From: an uncultured Spirochaetota bacterium
GTDB lineage: Bacteria > Spirochaetota > UBA4802 > UBA5550
Assembly (NCBI GenBank): GCA_963827275.1
Contig: CAWHAA010000005.1
Coordinates: 160,001-224,000 of the forward strand
Direction: 5' to 3'
Length of the DNA stretch: 64,000 nt
The translations under genes were made by a program, and so were the position numbers. How positions within the stretch are numbered: the first letter of the stretch is position 1; every line of letters begins with the position of its first letter. Under the pieces are notes generated by a model, which saw nothing but the letters and a program-made list of their open reading frames with translations, was not told the origin of the DNA and did not search any database. Positions 37,108 to 47,526 of the stretch are shown piece after piece.

Positions 37108-38109
37108 ATGGAAAAGCACGAAGCAGCCTTCTATGAAAAACTGCGACCGGGGAAGCGTGCGATGCACGCTCTGCCCGCACAACTGCGTCATCCAGGAAGG
37201 CAAAGCAGGAATCTGCGGCGTCCGCACCAACAGCGGCGGCGACCTTCTCACCGGGATATACGGCCGTCTCACCGTCCATGGCGATGGACCCCGTAGAAAA
37301 AAAACCTCTGTACCATTTCCATCCCGGCGGCAGCATACTCTCAATCGGCACCAAGGGCTGCAACATGAAGTGCCCCTATTGCCAGAACTGGCACATATCA
37401 CAGGACCGCATGGCCCGCACCACCTATTACGTCACCCGAAAAAATCGTCGAGGCTGCGATCGCCGAGGGGTCCGTCGGAATCGCCTACACCTATTCCGAG
37501 CCGATCATCTGGTTCGAATACGTGCGCGACACCGCCATACTCGCACGGAGAAGCGGCCTTGCCAATGTGATGGTGACCAACGGCTTCATCAATCCCGGGC
37601 CGCTCGGACAGCTCCTTGACCATATCGACGCGATGAACATCGACCTGAAAACCTTCCGCGACGAGACCATGCGGCACGTGCAGAAGGCCCGCCTCCCCGA
37701 GGTGCTGGAAACGATCAAGACCGCACACGGGCGCGGCTGTCATATCGAGCTCACCACCCTGGTGATCACCGGGATCAATGACGACATGGATGAGATGAGG
37801 GACATCATCGACTTCATCGCCTCGGTCGACAACAACATACCCTGGCACATATCGCGGTACCACCCGAGCTACAAGTACGACCGCCCCGCCACCGATGTCG
37901 GGTTCATGATGAAGGTGCATGCTGAAGCCGAGAAAAAGCTCAACTTTGTTTACTGCGGCAATGTATCTTCGAGTGAAGGAGGCCACGACACCCGGTGCCC
38001 CTCCTGCAAAGCGACGGTCATCAGGAGGAGCGGGTATTCCACGCGTATCGACGGGCTTGACGGCGGCAGGTGCGCGCAGTGCGGCCGCGAACTGGGAATC
38101 ATCAGGTAA
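37108..38109 (+). CDS. amrS: AmmeMemoRadiSam-system radical SAM enzyme, three apparent +1 frameshifts
   Basis: CTLCPHNC..CGVR, DPVEKKPLYHF.PG, GCNMKCPYCQNW, YTYSEP, NIDLK; shifts near 37144, 37276 and 37431. Confidence 0.88.
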
Positions 38110-38137
38110 ACGCGGGGGGATAGACCGCCGTACGGAG

Positions 38138-38512
38138 TTACGCCATGCTGTGTTCGAGCCTGCCTGATTTCAGCTTGAGGACGTACCGGTTTTCAAGCTC
38201 TGAACGGACAGTAATGGCGAAATAGCGGCTCAGGCGTGCGACCTCAAAGAGCCTCTGCAGCACCGGCTTGATATCATAAAAAATAAGCATGATATCGTTA
38301 TCAGCGGCGTAGTTTAGAAACTGGACGATAAACCCAATGGCGGAGGAATCGACCGAATCGAGCGCTTCGCACTTGAGCGCGATCGTGCGGGGGCCCCGCT
38401 CGGCCTGTTCGATTATGAACGACTTGACCTGCATCAGATTGTCCATGTTAAAGGACCCCCTGATGTGGATCACCGATATTTCACCTAATTGTTCTGCGTG
38501 GAGATCTATCAT
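38138..38512 (-). CDS. STAS-domain protein
   Basis: IRGSF, SVDSSAIG, LFEVARL. Confidence 0.8.
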   Translation of the reverse strand: MIDLHAEQLGEISVIHIRGSFNMDNLMQVKSFIIEQAERGPRTIALKCEALDSVDSSAIGFIVQFLNYAADNDIMLIFYDIKPVLQRLFEVARLSRYFAITVRSELENRYVLKLKSGRLEHSMA

Positions 38513-38731
38513 AATAACAACCGGAAACTGACACTTCAGTTCACACTATAACGCGAGCCGGCTTTGTCAAGTACTTCATGTTATTTTTATAAGTCCCGGC
38601 ATCCGGTTTTTATTCGACCCGCACCCCGGTTGCCATGCCAATTGCCAGCCCCGCGATACATCCCTGCGCCGATCAGAAAAAAAACGGCAGTGCTGTCACT
38701 GCCGTTTTTGTCATAATCACAATAGCGAATA

Positions 38732-40048
38732 TTATGCGTGATGCTCCCCGCCCTCCTGGTGCGCATGCTCGGCATGGGGGAAGAGCGGCGTGTATTTCGC
38801 GAACCACATGTAGATGAGTATCATGACCGAGAGGCCGCCCAGGAATATGAACCATTCCTGTACGGTCGGGTTGTATCCGATGAACCCCTTCCAGGGGAAG
38901 TTCGGCACGGACGAGCCGTTCATCACGACGAAAATCTTGTTCACAAACAGGGCGCCGGCCGCGCTGCTGATGCCGATGAGAAACGTCTTTTCCTGTTCGC
39001 GGTTCTTCTTTATCAGCAGCATCGCGATTGCGACAATCATGAGAATGAATTCAATCGCGATCATCCACCAGCCGTAATATCCTCCCAGGAGGTCCGCGTA
39101 GGTCCTGTCAAAGAGCGGGGCCCACTTGGTCGCCAGCAGGGTGACATCGATCGCCCGCGCGATCATGTAGACGGTTATCATGATACCGGAAACCTTGGCG
39201 ATCGAATAGAAGCTCTCTTTGGGAACAACTTCTTTCTTCATGACCTTCCCGGCAATATAGGCGCACAGCGTCATGAAGGCCGTTCCGCCCGCGGTCGCAC
39301 CGATGATGACGACCAGGAAGTAAATGTGGTGCGCCCTGAACCATGCGGCCTTGCCGTACATGACGTCCCACATGCCGCCGCCCAGTGAGCCCTGGTGGAA
39401 GCAGGAGAGGAACGTGCCGGCCGCGGCGAAGATCCACATGAGCCGGTGGAGGTAGTGGCCGATATAATGAAGCGCGGGGATCGCGTCCAGGATCTTGTGC
39501 TTCAGCACGACCGGGATGAGCTCAACGCAGAGGATCATGAAATAGAGGGTCAGACACCAGACTACTTCTGTCAGCATCGACTGCGGCATCAGGTTCGGTC
39601 CCCAGTTGGGGTAGGTGTAGCCGAACCACGCCCGGATCGGCTGGCCGATGTCAAACACCAGGAAAACCAGGGTGAAGAGGTAGCACATGAACCCGATGAG
39701 CACCGTTGAATTGATGAAGGGCTCCAGCTTGTCGTTTCTGAAAATGTACAACAAAAACCCCGTGGTGAACGCGCCGCCGCCAAGGCCCACCAGGCCGAGG
39801 TCGCCGATGATCCACTGGCCGAAAGGATAGGCATTGCTCATGTCGGTGTACCCGAGCCCCCAGAACAGTATCTGAATGCCGAAGATGCCGAAGAGGACAA
39901 CCAGCAACACCAGTACCGCCAGGAAGACGCGGATGTTCCGTGTATAGCTCATATATTCATCCAGCAAGAATTTCGTCACCTTGTTCTTGCCCAGGAGGTT
40001 CCTCAGGGGAGCGAGTACCTTGTCAAGTGTATTGAATACTTTTTCCAA
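38732..40048 (-). CDS. qrcD: NrfD/PsrC-family membrane subunit (QrcD-like)
   Basis: DIGQPIRAWFGY, SMLTEV..C, FHQGSLGG; about 10 TM helices. Confidence 0.85.
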   Translation of the reverse strand: MEKVFNTLDKVLAPLRNLLGKNKVTKFLLDEYMSYTRNIRVFLAVLVLLVVLFGIFGIQILFWGLGYTDMSNAYPFGQWIIGDLGLVGLGGGAFTTGFLLYIFRNDKLEPFINSTVLIGFMCYLFTLVFLVFDIGQPIRAWFGYTYPNWGPNLMPQSMLTEVVWCLTLYFMILCVELIPVVLKHKILDAIPALHYIGHYLHRLMWIFAAAGTFLSCFHQGSLGGGMWDVMYGKAAWFRAHHIYFLVVIIGATAGGTAFMTLCAYIAGKVMKKEVVPKESFYSIAKVSGIMITVYMIARAIDVTLLATKWAPLFDRTYADLLGGYYGWWMIAIEFILMIVAIAMLLIKKNREQEKTFLIGISSAAGALFVNKIFVVMNGSSVPNFPWKGFIGYNPTVQEWFIFLGGLSVMILIYMWFAKYTPLFPHAEHAHQEGGEHHA

Positions 40049-40087
40049 AGCTGTTCTCCTTCTATGAAATTATTGCATCAATCATGG

Positions 40088-40891
40088 TTATTTAAACTTC
40101 ATCATTTCCTTGATCCAGGCCTTGCTGGTGAGATAGTAAACTTTCGGATTCGGGAAATGCTTGACATGCATCATCTTCTCTTTCGTTTTCTCGTCCTTGT
40201 CGTCGATCGTATGGACCAGGCGGAACTTCCTGGCGCCCTCTTTCACGAGGAGCTGGCTCAGCTCTGAATTCGGGTCATCGAGGTCGCCGAACACCATCGC
40301 GCCGGTCGGGCAGGAAGCCACGCAGGCCGGGGTATAGAGGACGTCGTTGATGTCGAGGTTGCCGGCCGCCACCGCCTTGTCGCGCTCGCGTTTCCAGATA
40401 TGGCTGCAGAACTGGCACTTGACCACGGTCCCGCGGGAGGCCACCGATACGTCCGGGTTGAGGGAATTCTTGAACGATCCCTCGTATTTCGGCTTCCACC
40501 AGTTGAAGGCCCGCGCCTCGTAGGGGCACGACGCCTGGCAGTACCGGCAGCCGATACAGCGCGACCACACCTGGCTGACGACCCCGTCGTCGCCGACATC
40601 GGTCGCCACGACCGGGCAGACCGATACGCAGGGCGGTCTCGGGTTCTTCGGGTCATTGCCTTCGCACTGCTGGCACATCTTCGGTATAAAGCAGACCTCG
40701 ACGTCGGGATACTTGGCGTCGCGGTCATTGGTGACTTTCATGAGGTCGAGGAACTGCACGCGCTTCGGCAGATCGGAATCGTCCTCGAACACCGGCATGT
40801 TGTTCTCCTGCGCGCAGGCGATGGCGCAGGTGCCGCAGCCCGTGCACTTGTCCAGATCTATTGCCATTCCCCATCTTCTTTTCATTTTCAT
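40088..40891 (-). CDS. qrcC: 4Fe-4S dicluster subunit (QrcC-like)
   Basis: WGMAIDLDKCTGC, CVSVCPVVATD, RCIGCRYC..SCPY, KCQFC, P.VYYL. Confidence 0.88.
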   Translation of the reverse strand: MKMKRRWGMAIDLDKCTGCGTCAIACAQENNMPVFEDDSDLPKRVQFLDLMKVTNDRDAKYPDVEVCFIPKMCQQCEGNDPKNPRPPCVSVCPVVATDVGDDGVVSQVWSRCIGCRYCQASCPYEARAFNWWKPKYEGSFKNSLNPDVSVASRGTVVKCQFCSHIWKRERDKAVAAGNLDINDVLYTPACVASCPTGAMVFGDLDDPNSELSQLLVKEGARKFRLVHTIDDKDEKTKEKMMHVKHFPNPKVYYLTSKAWIKEMMKFK

Positions 40892-40906
40892 ATCCGTGTA
40901 TACCTC

Positions 40907-42874
40907 TTAGCTGATTTTGACCCTGGTGAGCCACCAGTTCGCGGCCCCGGTCAGGGGATCGATATCATTCGCCATTATCTCCTTGGGATTCACGCCTTTC
41001 TTCTTCGCATACTTCGTGTAGGCCTTGTGCCCGAACCCCAGCGGGATCGCAATCGTATCCGGGGCCACCGTGTCCGTCAGGTGGGCGCGGACGCTGCCGA
41101 TTTCGCCCCGGGATGATTCTATATCGATCCGCTCGCCTTCGCTGACGCCCTCTCTGTCCGCGGTCTCGCGGTTGATCTGGACCCAGAGCTTGCCTTCGGA
41201 GAAGGTCTTATCGTCGATCGTCTTGAGCACATAGGGGAAGGCCATCCCGTCGCCGTCGCCGACAAAGGCCAGCTCGGTCGGGATGAGCGAGAGCGTAAAT
41301 TCCCCCGTGTCCTTGAGGGTCTTTTCCAGGAGCGCGAGCTGGTCTTTCAGCACCTTCGCGTTATAGACCGTGCCGCCGATTCCGACCGCCGCCCCGTAGT
41401 TCTTCACCAGGTCAACGTAGCCGGCCCAGTTGAAGCTCCCCTTGATGTCGTCAACCTTCCTGGCGAGGCTGATGATTGCGTCGCCGGCGTGGACCGCCTT
41501 CATGTACGGTTTGAGCGCCGCGTCCCCGCCCGGGTTGGCCGATTCGAGGAAGCTCAGCGAGGGGAATATATAATCGGCGTACATTGCCGTGTCGTTGAGG
41601 AGCGGCATGATGCCCACGACAAACGCCTTTTCCATCTTCTCGATCAGCTCTTTGGCATACACGCTGCGGTACGCGGGATCGGCCTCGTTTACAAACAGCA
41701 TTTCGAAAGAGCCGTTCTTGATGAAATCGTCGAGCCCGGCGTGCTTTTTCGCCGCCTGCAGGGACGCCGCCGCGTTCGCGGAGAGGGCCGGTTCGCCCAG
41801 GCCCGGGTTTTTCTTCAGGGCGGCGGAGCGTGAGTTCACCAGTTGGTTGAGCGCGTACACCGCCATTATTTCCGCGGATGAAGAGGAGACCCCTTTGCCG
41901 CCGCGGCCCGCGACCGCGACCGGGTTCCCCGCGCGGGAGAAGGCTTCGGCCACGTCTTCAATCTGCTTCGCCTTCAGGCCGGTCAGGGCCGCTACTTTTT
42001 CCGTCGTATAGCTGCCGACAACCGCCATCCAGTCGGCGCCGCCGGTGGCCCGGCCTTTCTTCATTAAATAGTTCGCAATGCCCAGGGCAAGGATCAGTTC
42101 CGTGCCCGGCTTCACTGCGAGCCACTGGTCCGCGATTGAGGCAGTCCGCGTGCGGACCGCATCGACCTGGACGAGCTTCGTTCCCTTCTTTTTCCACTCG
42201 ATGAACGCCTTGTTCATTGAGCAGGAGGAGCCCCAGCCTTCCAGGAGGCGGGCGCCGAAGCTCAGGATGAAGTCTGCATTCTGGAAGTCGTAATCGACAT
42301 ACCCGCCGAGGGCGGCCTGGGTGAGGGAATTCAGTGAAGGCTCGTAATATGCGTTGCCGCTGCCGGCCGCCTTGACCATCCGGTCCAGGAGCGCCGCCGC
42401 GAGATTGTCATTCTTGTTGATGCCGGCGATGAGGTTCCCCTTCTTGTCGGCGATAAGCTTGTTCATCCGTTTGGAGATGTCGGCAAGGGCCTCTTCCCAG
42501 GAAACCTTTTCAAACGCCGACGCCTTTGCGCTCCCCTTGCTGCCGGTGCGCTTGAGGGGCGTGTCGATCCGCTCCGGGTGGTACACCAGCTGGAGCGCGT
42601 TCTGGCTGAACGGGCACCCGCTGTTCGATGATTCAATCTTCACCGCGCGGTCGCCGATCATCCGTATGGACATCTCGCATTTTTCACGGCATGCCGCGCA
42701 CATGGTCTTGAGATACTCTTCCTTGCCGGGCACGGGCACGTACTGGTCCTGCGTCCACTCAACCAGCCACTGCAGGCCGAGGAACGGGGCGCCGGAAAAC
42801 ACGTAGCCGGTAAGACCGCCGACAACCGCGCCGCCGCCTATCTTAAGAAAGTCTTTTCTCTCTATCTTTTTCAT
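40907..42874 (-). CDS. qrcB: Molybdopterin-oxidoreductase-like subunit (QrcB-like), Tat-type leader
   Basis: ERKDFLK leader, YHPERIDTPLKR, SWEEA, ADQWL.VKPGTE, C-terminal binding domain. Confidence 0.82.
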   Translation of the reverse strand: MKKIERKDFLKIGGGAVVGGLTGYVFSGAPFLGLQWLVEWTQDQYVPVPGKEEYLKTMCAACREKCEMSIRMIGDRAVKIESSNSGCPFSQNALQLVYHPERIDTPLKRTGSKGSAKASAFEKVSWEEALADISKRMNKLIADKKGNLIAGINKNDNLAAALLDRMVKAAGSGNAYYEPSLNSLTQAALGGYVDYDFQNADFILSFGARLLEGWGSSCSMNKAFIEWKKKGTKLVQVDAVRTRTASIADQWLAVKPGTELILALGIANYLMKKGRATGGADWMAVVGSYTTEKVAALTGLKAKQIEDVAEAFSRAGNPVAVAGRGGKGVSSSSAEIMAVYALNQLVNSRSAALKKNPGLGEPALSANAAASLQAAKKHAGLDDFIKNGSFEMLFVNEADPAYRSVYAKELIEKMEKAFVVGIMPLLNDTAMYADYIFPSLSFLESANPGGDAALKPYMKAVHAGDAIISLARKVDDIKGSFNWAGYVDLVKNYGAAVGIGGTVYNAKVLKDQLALLEKTLKDTGEFTLSLIPTELAFVGDGDGMAFPYVLKTIDDKTFSEGKLWVQINRETADREGVSEGERIDIESSRGEIGSVRAHLTDTVAPDTIAIPLGFGHKAYTKYAKKKGVNPKEIMANDIDPLTGAANWWLTRVKIS

Positions 42875-42916
42875 GGATTATTTATCTCCTCTGACGATTT
42901 TCATGATACCGGGATA

Positions 42917-43489
42917 TCAATCGTGGCATACGGCGCACTTGTTGCTCAGCTGCAGGGCGGTGTGGCAATCCATGCACTGTCCCATGAGCATCTTGCCGCT
43001 CAGCATGTCCATGTTCCTGGAGCTCGCCTTGTCGCCATGGCATGATCCGCAGCGGGACTTCTGCCTGCCGTCTTCATATTTCGCGGTCATGACGACCTTG
43101 TGGCTGAAATAGACCAGGTCGGGCTGTTTCGCGTAGGAGCCCCACGGCTTGTCCGTGTCCGCGTATTTATCGAACATCGGCTTTCTGAGGGCCGTTCCCG
43201 GAGCGGCGTCCTTGGAGGAAGCGTTCCGGTCATGGCACGAGGTGCAGTCGCCCACGGTCGGGACGCCCTTGAACCTGCCGTTTTCATGATAGCCGTGGCA
43301 GACTTCGCAGTCGTCCTTGGCCATGCCGTTCTCCGGGAAATATTTGGTTAAATGGGACTGGTGGTTAAATACAACCGCTTTCTCCGGATGGTTTGCCATC
43401 ACGTAAGAACAACCCTTCTCGGAAGCTATAAAGGAAGCATAGAAGGATAAAATAAAGGGGATTCCGATAAGAAGTACTGTACGTTTCAC
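42917..43489 (-). CDS. qrcA: Membrane-anchored pentaheme cytochrome c (QrcA-like)
   Basis: Five CxxCH motifs; FNH..H, GVP...C, YAKQPD.V.FSH. Confidence 0.85.
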   Translation of the reverse strand: MKRTVLLIGIPFILSFYASFIASEKGCSYVMANHPEKAVVFNHQSHLTKYFPENGMAKDDCEVCHGYHENGRFKGVPTVGDCTSCHDRNASSKDAAPGTALRKPMFDKYADTDKPWGSYAKQPDLVYFSHKVVMTAKYEDGRQKSRCGSCHGDKASSRNMDMLSGKMLMGQCMDCHTALQLSNKCAVCHD

Positions 43490-43765
43490 CAAGCTTCTCC
43501 TTTTTTCCAGTATATATAAGGCAAAAATTGGTATATTGCCACACTGTCAATACCCTGACGGAAACATCCGTTTCCTCTCCTCCGCCGCAGGGGCCGAAAA
43601 AGCGATCAGGCATGAACAATCATGAGGAATTAACAGTACAATTATCAAAAAATCAGCGGCTTCTCACGTCACTTTTTAGTTGATTTATATATTTTTTGTA
43701 ACAAGTTTTATGTCAACAAAATAATAAAAAATTCTTTTCAATTTAAAACGCCATAATTGCTCTGT

Positions 43766-45307
43766 TTATCCCTGTATCTGCCGCATCGCGATACCAAGAC
43801 AGTCCTGATCGGCGCCAGGCATATCGATCGAGGCAACTCCTGTCCGGGGGGCCATACTGACCGTTGTATCAGCGTTGATTCTTATCCTGAACCTTCCAAG
43901 CAAACCCATTATCCCGAGCGCCAGGCCCCTGGCCTTCCTCTGGCCGGTGTCATGCAATATAACCGCCACATAGTCATCATACCGGCAGATAACGCCCCTG
44001 CTTTTTATCCTATCCGCCAGCGCCGGGGCGACAAGCCTGATGACCGTGTTCTTCTGAGCATCATCGATGTAACCGATGGCATCGAAAAGACCGATTAATA
44101 CTATTGAAAAGATTTTGCCGCCGCCCTTCCATGATTTTCTGCTCTCGTCGAACGTGAGGTTGAAATAGATTTTATTATAAAGCCCCGTCGCGGCATCGAC
44201 CATCAAGTCATTGACGGCGAGGTAATCATGGATGTCCTTCATGATGCCCGCCATGGCGGTCTTTAACTCGCGGATTTCGGCACCCTGCAGGCCCGCCTGC
44301 TTCAGCATCATCACGCACCCGAGGAACACGCCGTTGTACACGAGGGGGACAAGGACCCTGCGGCCGTCTTCCATCACCATGGTCGCACCGCCGCGCATCT
44401 CATGACCCGCTTCATCCTCCGCATCTATCGCATCGAAGCTGGTCGAATTGATTCCGGTGAAGACGGTGCCGTTCAGCTCCATGGCCTTGAGCAGCCTGCC
44501 GGAGGAATGGGAGAGATACAGCGAAAGGCTGTCGGCGCCGTAGGCCCTGGCGGCCTTCCTGAAAAGCTCGTGCACGTATCCGCCCAGCGTGTCGGACGCG
44601 GCCGCCGGCGCGTCGCGGGAGACGACGCCGTCCCCGCGCGATGCCGGCCGGTCCCGCAGGTCAAGGTTGATGGTATAGCGGTCCCCCTTCTCCCGCCGCG
44701 ACGGCGTTTTTGTCAGCGCGATGTACAGGGCGGCGAAGATGACCACGATGCACGCGACTACCAGCGCGACCTCGAGCGCGGTGCGCACCAGGATCTTCCC
44801 GCCGAAGAGGTACGGGTACACGACCAGGAGCCGGTATGGCCCCGCCCTGCTGATGAAAACATAGAACTTGACCTGCCCGGCGCCGCGTCCCGTTTTTTCA
44901 TCATAGTACCTGACCGCGTAGGGGTTTTCCCGGCTTATATTGAAGGCGTCCTGTGTGAAATCCTTGAGGATCGCCTCGAACAGCTCCGAGGACCTGATGA
45001 ACCGGTCGTTCTTGCTTGAGAGCCGCACGGTGAGCCCCGGATCGGTAATGGCCATGAGCGCGATATCGCGGTTTTTCTCATGGACGCGGGCGAGGAACCC
45101 GGACAGGTCGTCCTGCCCCGGGGCCTTCTTCTCTCCGGCCAGGCGCTTTTCCATGGCGCCATATTCGCCCACGATCCGGTTGGTCTTCACGACAAGCGAG
45201 GCGATGATATCGCGCTCGACGTAGTTAAACCGCACGGTGAAATAGAGGAACAGGCTCAGCGCCAGGAACACGGCCCCCGCCGCGATAACTCTGAATTTCG
45301 TCGTCAT
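43766..45307 (-). CDS. Membrane protein with GAF-like and degenerate GGDEF domains
   Basis: Two TM helices, D.ATGLYNK.YF entry motif, GGDEF position reads RYDDY. Confidence 0.75.
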   Translation of the reverse strand: MTTKFRVIAAGAVFLALSLFLYFTVRFNYVERDIIASLVVKTNRIVGEYGAMEKRLAGEKKAPGQDDLSGFLARVHEKNRDIALMAITDPGLTVRLSSKNDRFIRSSELFEAILKDFTQDAFNISRENPYAVRYYDEKTGRGAGQVKFYVFISRAGPYRLLVVYPYLFGGKILVRTALEVALVVACIVVIFAALYIALTKTPSRREKGDRYTINLDLRDRPASRGDGVVSRDAPAAASDTLGGYVHELFRKAARAYGADSLSLYLSHSSGRLLKAMELNGTVFTGINSTSFDAIDAEDEAGHEMRGGATMVMEDGRRVLVPLVYNGVFLGCVMMLKQAGLQGAEIRELKTAMAGIMKDIHDYLAVNDLMVDAATGLYNKIYFNLTFDESRKSWKGGGKIFSIVLIGLFDAIGYIDDAQKNTVIRLVAPALADRIKSRGVICRYDDYVAVILHDTGQRKARGLALGIMGLLGRFRIRINADTTVSMAPRTGVASIDMPGADQDCLGIAMRQIQG

Positions 45308-45316
45308 GCCGTCTCG

Positions 45317-47281
45317 CTATTTTTCCCCGCCGGGCGTCATATCATACATCCGGTCTTCCTCCCACACGTACATCCCCCGTCCGTTTTTCGCCCGGTCGGG
45401 GCAGATCTTCATGATATATTTTTTCTCGTTCGGCCAGTAGGCGTTCTTCTGGCTGTGGTAGTAGCTGTCAAGGTCGCTGACATACTTCAACCCGTCCGAC
45501 CATATCTTCACGCCCCTGCCGTCGCGCTCCCCGTCCTTGAAGCGGCCGATATAGCGCGAGCTGTCAACGTAATACCATACCCCTTTCCCGTCGATCTTCC
45601 CATCGCGGAATTCCCCCACGTACTTGTCGCCGGAGGGGAGCATGAGCGAGCCCTGTCCGTGCATGCGGTCGTCCTGAAAATACCCGGTGTACCGCGCGCC
45701 GAACCACTCCGATTTCTTGCCCCAGGTGTAGGTGCCGAGCCCGTGCTTCCTGCCGTTCTTCCAGTCGCCCTCGTAGGAATCGCCCTCGCCCACTGTGAGC
45801 TTTTTCTCCTTCAGCATCACGCCGTTCGACCATGCCGCGGAATACTTCGCGATGACGGCGCCCTTTTCATCGTACTCGAACAGGGAGCCGTCGCCATGGC
45901 GCTTCCCGTCGAAAAACTGGCCGATATATTTTGACTTGATCCTGCCGTCGCGGTCATAGAGGATCAGCGTGCCCTCCCCGTTCGCCTTTCCGTCGATCAC
46001 CTGGCCGATGTAGTGGGAGAGGAGCACCCCGTTTTCATCATAGGTCAGGATCGACGCCTCCCCCGTCTCCTTGTCGCCGATATACATGCCGAGATATTTC
46101 CGGACCACCTTCCCGGCCTGGTTGTACACGAACTCGGTCCCCTGGCCGTCGCGCCGGTCATTGGCGAATTCCCCGATAAACTTTTTGAGCAGGCGGCCGT
46201 TGTCGTCATAGGTAAGCAGGACGCCGTCGCCGTGCTTCATCCCGTCCTTGAATTTTCCTTCATACTTCCGCACCATCACGCCGCGGTCGTTGTAGGTTAT
46301 GAGCGTGCCGTCGCCGTCGGGCTTCCCGTTCCTGAAATGCCCCTTGTATTCCTCGATCACGCCGCCCTGCTTGTTGTAGGTGACGAGCGTTCCCTCTCCC
46401 TCGGGAACGCCGTTGCTGAACGTCCCGGTATACTTGCTGAGGACCTTGCCGTCCTTGTCATACGTGATGAGCGTTCCCTGTCCCTCGGGCCTGCCGTTCT
46501 TCACCTTCCCGGTATACTTCGTCTTTTCCTTCCCGTCGCTGTCGTAGGTGATGATGGTCGCCTCGCCGTCTATGGAACCGTCGCGGTATTTTCCCGATAT
46601 TTTTTCGACCAGCTTGCCGTTTTGATCATACTTGAACACATCGACGAGGCCGCTCGGTTTTCCCTCATAAAATGTACCGACGATCTTCGATTCGATTTTA
46701 CCGTCCCTGTCATAGGTTATGAGCACCCCCTTGCCGTCCGGCACGCCGCTGGAGAAAAATCCGGAATACTCGCTCCTGAGCACGCCGCGTTCATCGTACG
46801 TTTTCATGACGCCTTCGCCGTCGAGACGGTTGTCCCGGAAGAAGCCGTCCTGTACGCTCTGTATCTTGCCGTTTTCGTGGTAGGCGGTCAGGGTGCCGCG
46901 GTCATACGCGCCGTTTTTCATCGTCCCCCTGAACTGGGCGGTCAGCCTCCCCCGGGAATCGTATTCCGACACCACCACCTCGCCGACCGGCACGCCGTTT
47001 TCAAACATGCCCTCGATCTTCTTGATGACATTTCCTTTGTCATCCAGCACATACAGCACTCCCTTGCCATGGGGCTTGCCGTTTTTCGTTTCCCCTACAT
47101 ACCGGTGGTTGTCCCAGACCAGCGCGCCCTTGTCGGCCGGCAGTTTGGCCGCCTCCTTCTGCGCCGCCCGGTCGCCGGCAACGGAGCTGTCTTGTTGCGT
47201 GCGGACCTGCTTTTTGCTCATATCGCAGGCCGCCACGCTCGCGGCAATCACCACCAACAGGATCAGACTCACCCTTTTCAT
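45317..47281 (-). CDS. MORN-repeat lipoprotein
   Basis: Lipobox VAAC; about 15 x 28-aa MORN-variant repeats plus about 4 canonical repeats. Confidence 0.88.
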   Translation of the reverse strand: MKRVSLILLVVIAASVAACDMSKKQVRTQQDSSVAGDRAAQKEAAKLPADKGALVWDNHRYVGETKNGKPHGKGVLYVLDDKGNVIKKIEGMFENGVPVGEVVVSEYDSRGRLTAQFRGTMKNGAYDRGTLTAYHENGKIQSVQDGFFRDNRLDGEGVMKTYDERGVLRSEYSGFFSSGVPDGKGVLITYDRDGKIESKIVGTFYEGKPSGLVDVFKYDQNGKLVEKISGKYRDGSIDGEATIITYDSDGKEKTKYTGKVKNGRPEGQGTLITYDKDGKVLSKYTGTFSNGVPEGEGTLVTYNKQGGVIEEYKGHFRNGKPDGDGTLITYNDRGVMVRKYEGKFKDGMKHGDGVLLTYDDNGRLLKKFIGEFANDRRDGQGTEFVYNQAGKVVRKYLGMYIGDKETGEASILTYDENGVLLSHYIGQVIDGKANGEGTLILYDRDGRIKSKYIGQFFDGKRHGDGSLFEYDEKGAVIAKYSAAWSNGVMLKEKKLTVGEGDSYEGDWKNGRKHGLGTYTWGKKSEWFGARYTGYFQDDRMHGQGSLMLPSGDKYVGEFRDGKIDGKGVWYYVDSSRYIGRFKDGERDGRGVKIWSDGLKYVSDLDSYYHSQKNAYWPNEKKYIMKICPDRAKNGRGMYVWEEDRMYDMTPGGEK

Positions 47282-47450
47282 CGCGTCCCCCCTCAGGATT
47301 TTCATGGATTCCCCGGGCAGCGCCGCCAGAACACCCCCGGAAAACTGTACAGATAATGATGAATAAACCTCATTGTTCCGGTGATTGTCAAGATTTTTAG
47401 CTTTTAGCCCTAAATTTCTTCTCCCCCGCCCGCCGGGGAGAAACAGTGTT

Positions 47451-47477
47451 TAAGAAATAGCAATTCCCGGCCGATAC
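47451..47477 (+). promoter_or_regulatory. Sigma28 (FliA)-type promoter
   Basis: TAAG-N15-GCCGATAC, 50 nt before ATG 47527. Confidence 0.55.
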
Positions 47478-47526
47478 TATACCCAAACATGTTACATACA
47501 GTTAAAACCCTTTATATGGTGATGCC

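Noticed and set aside
45317..47281. DGR target or toxin system in the repeat protein
   Set aside because: No reverse transcriptase, template repeat or toxin domain; repeats are divergent at the DNA level
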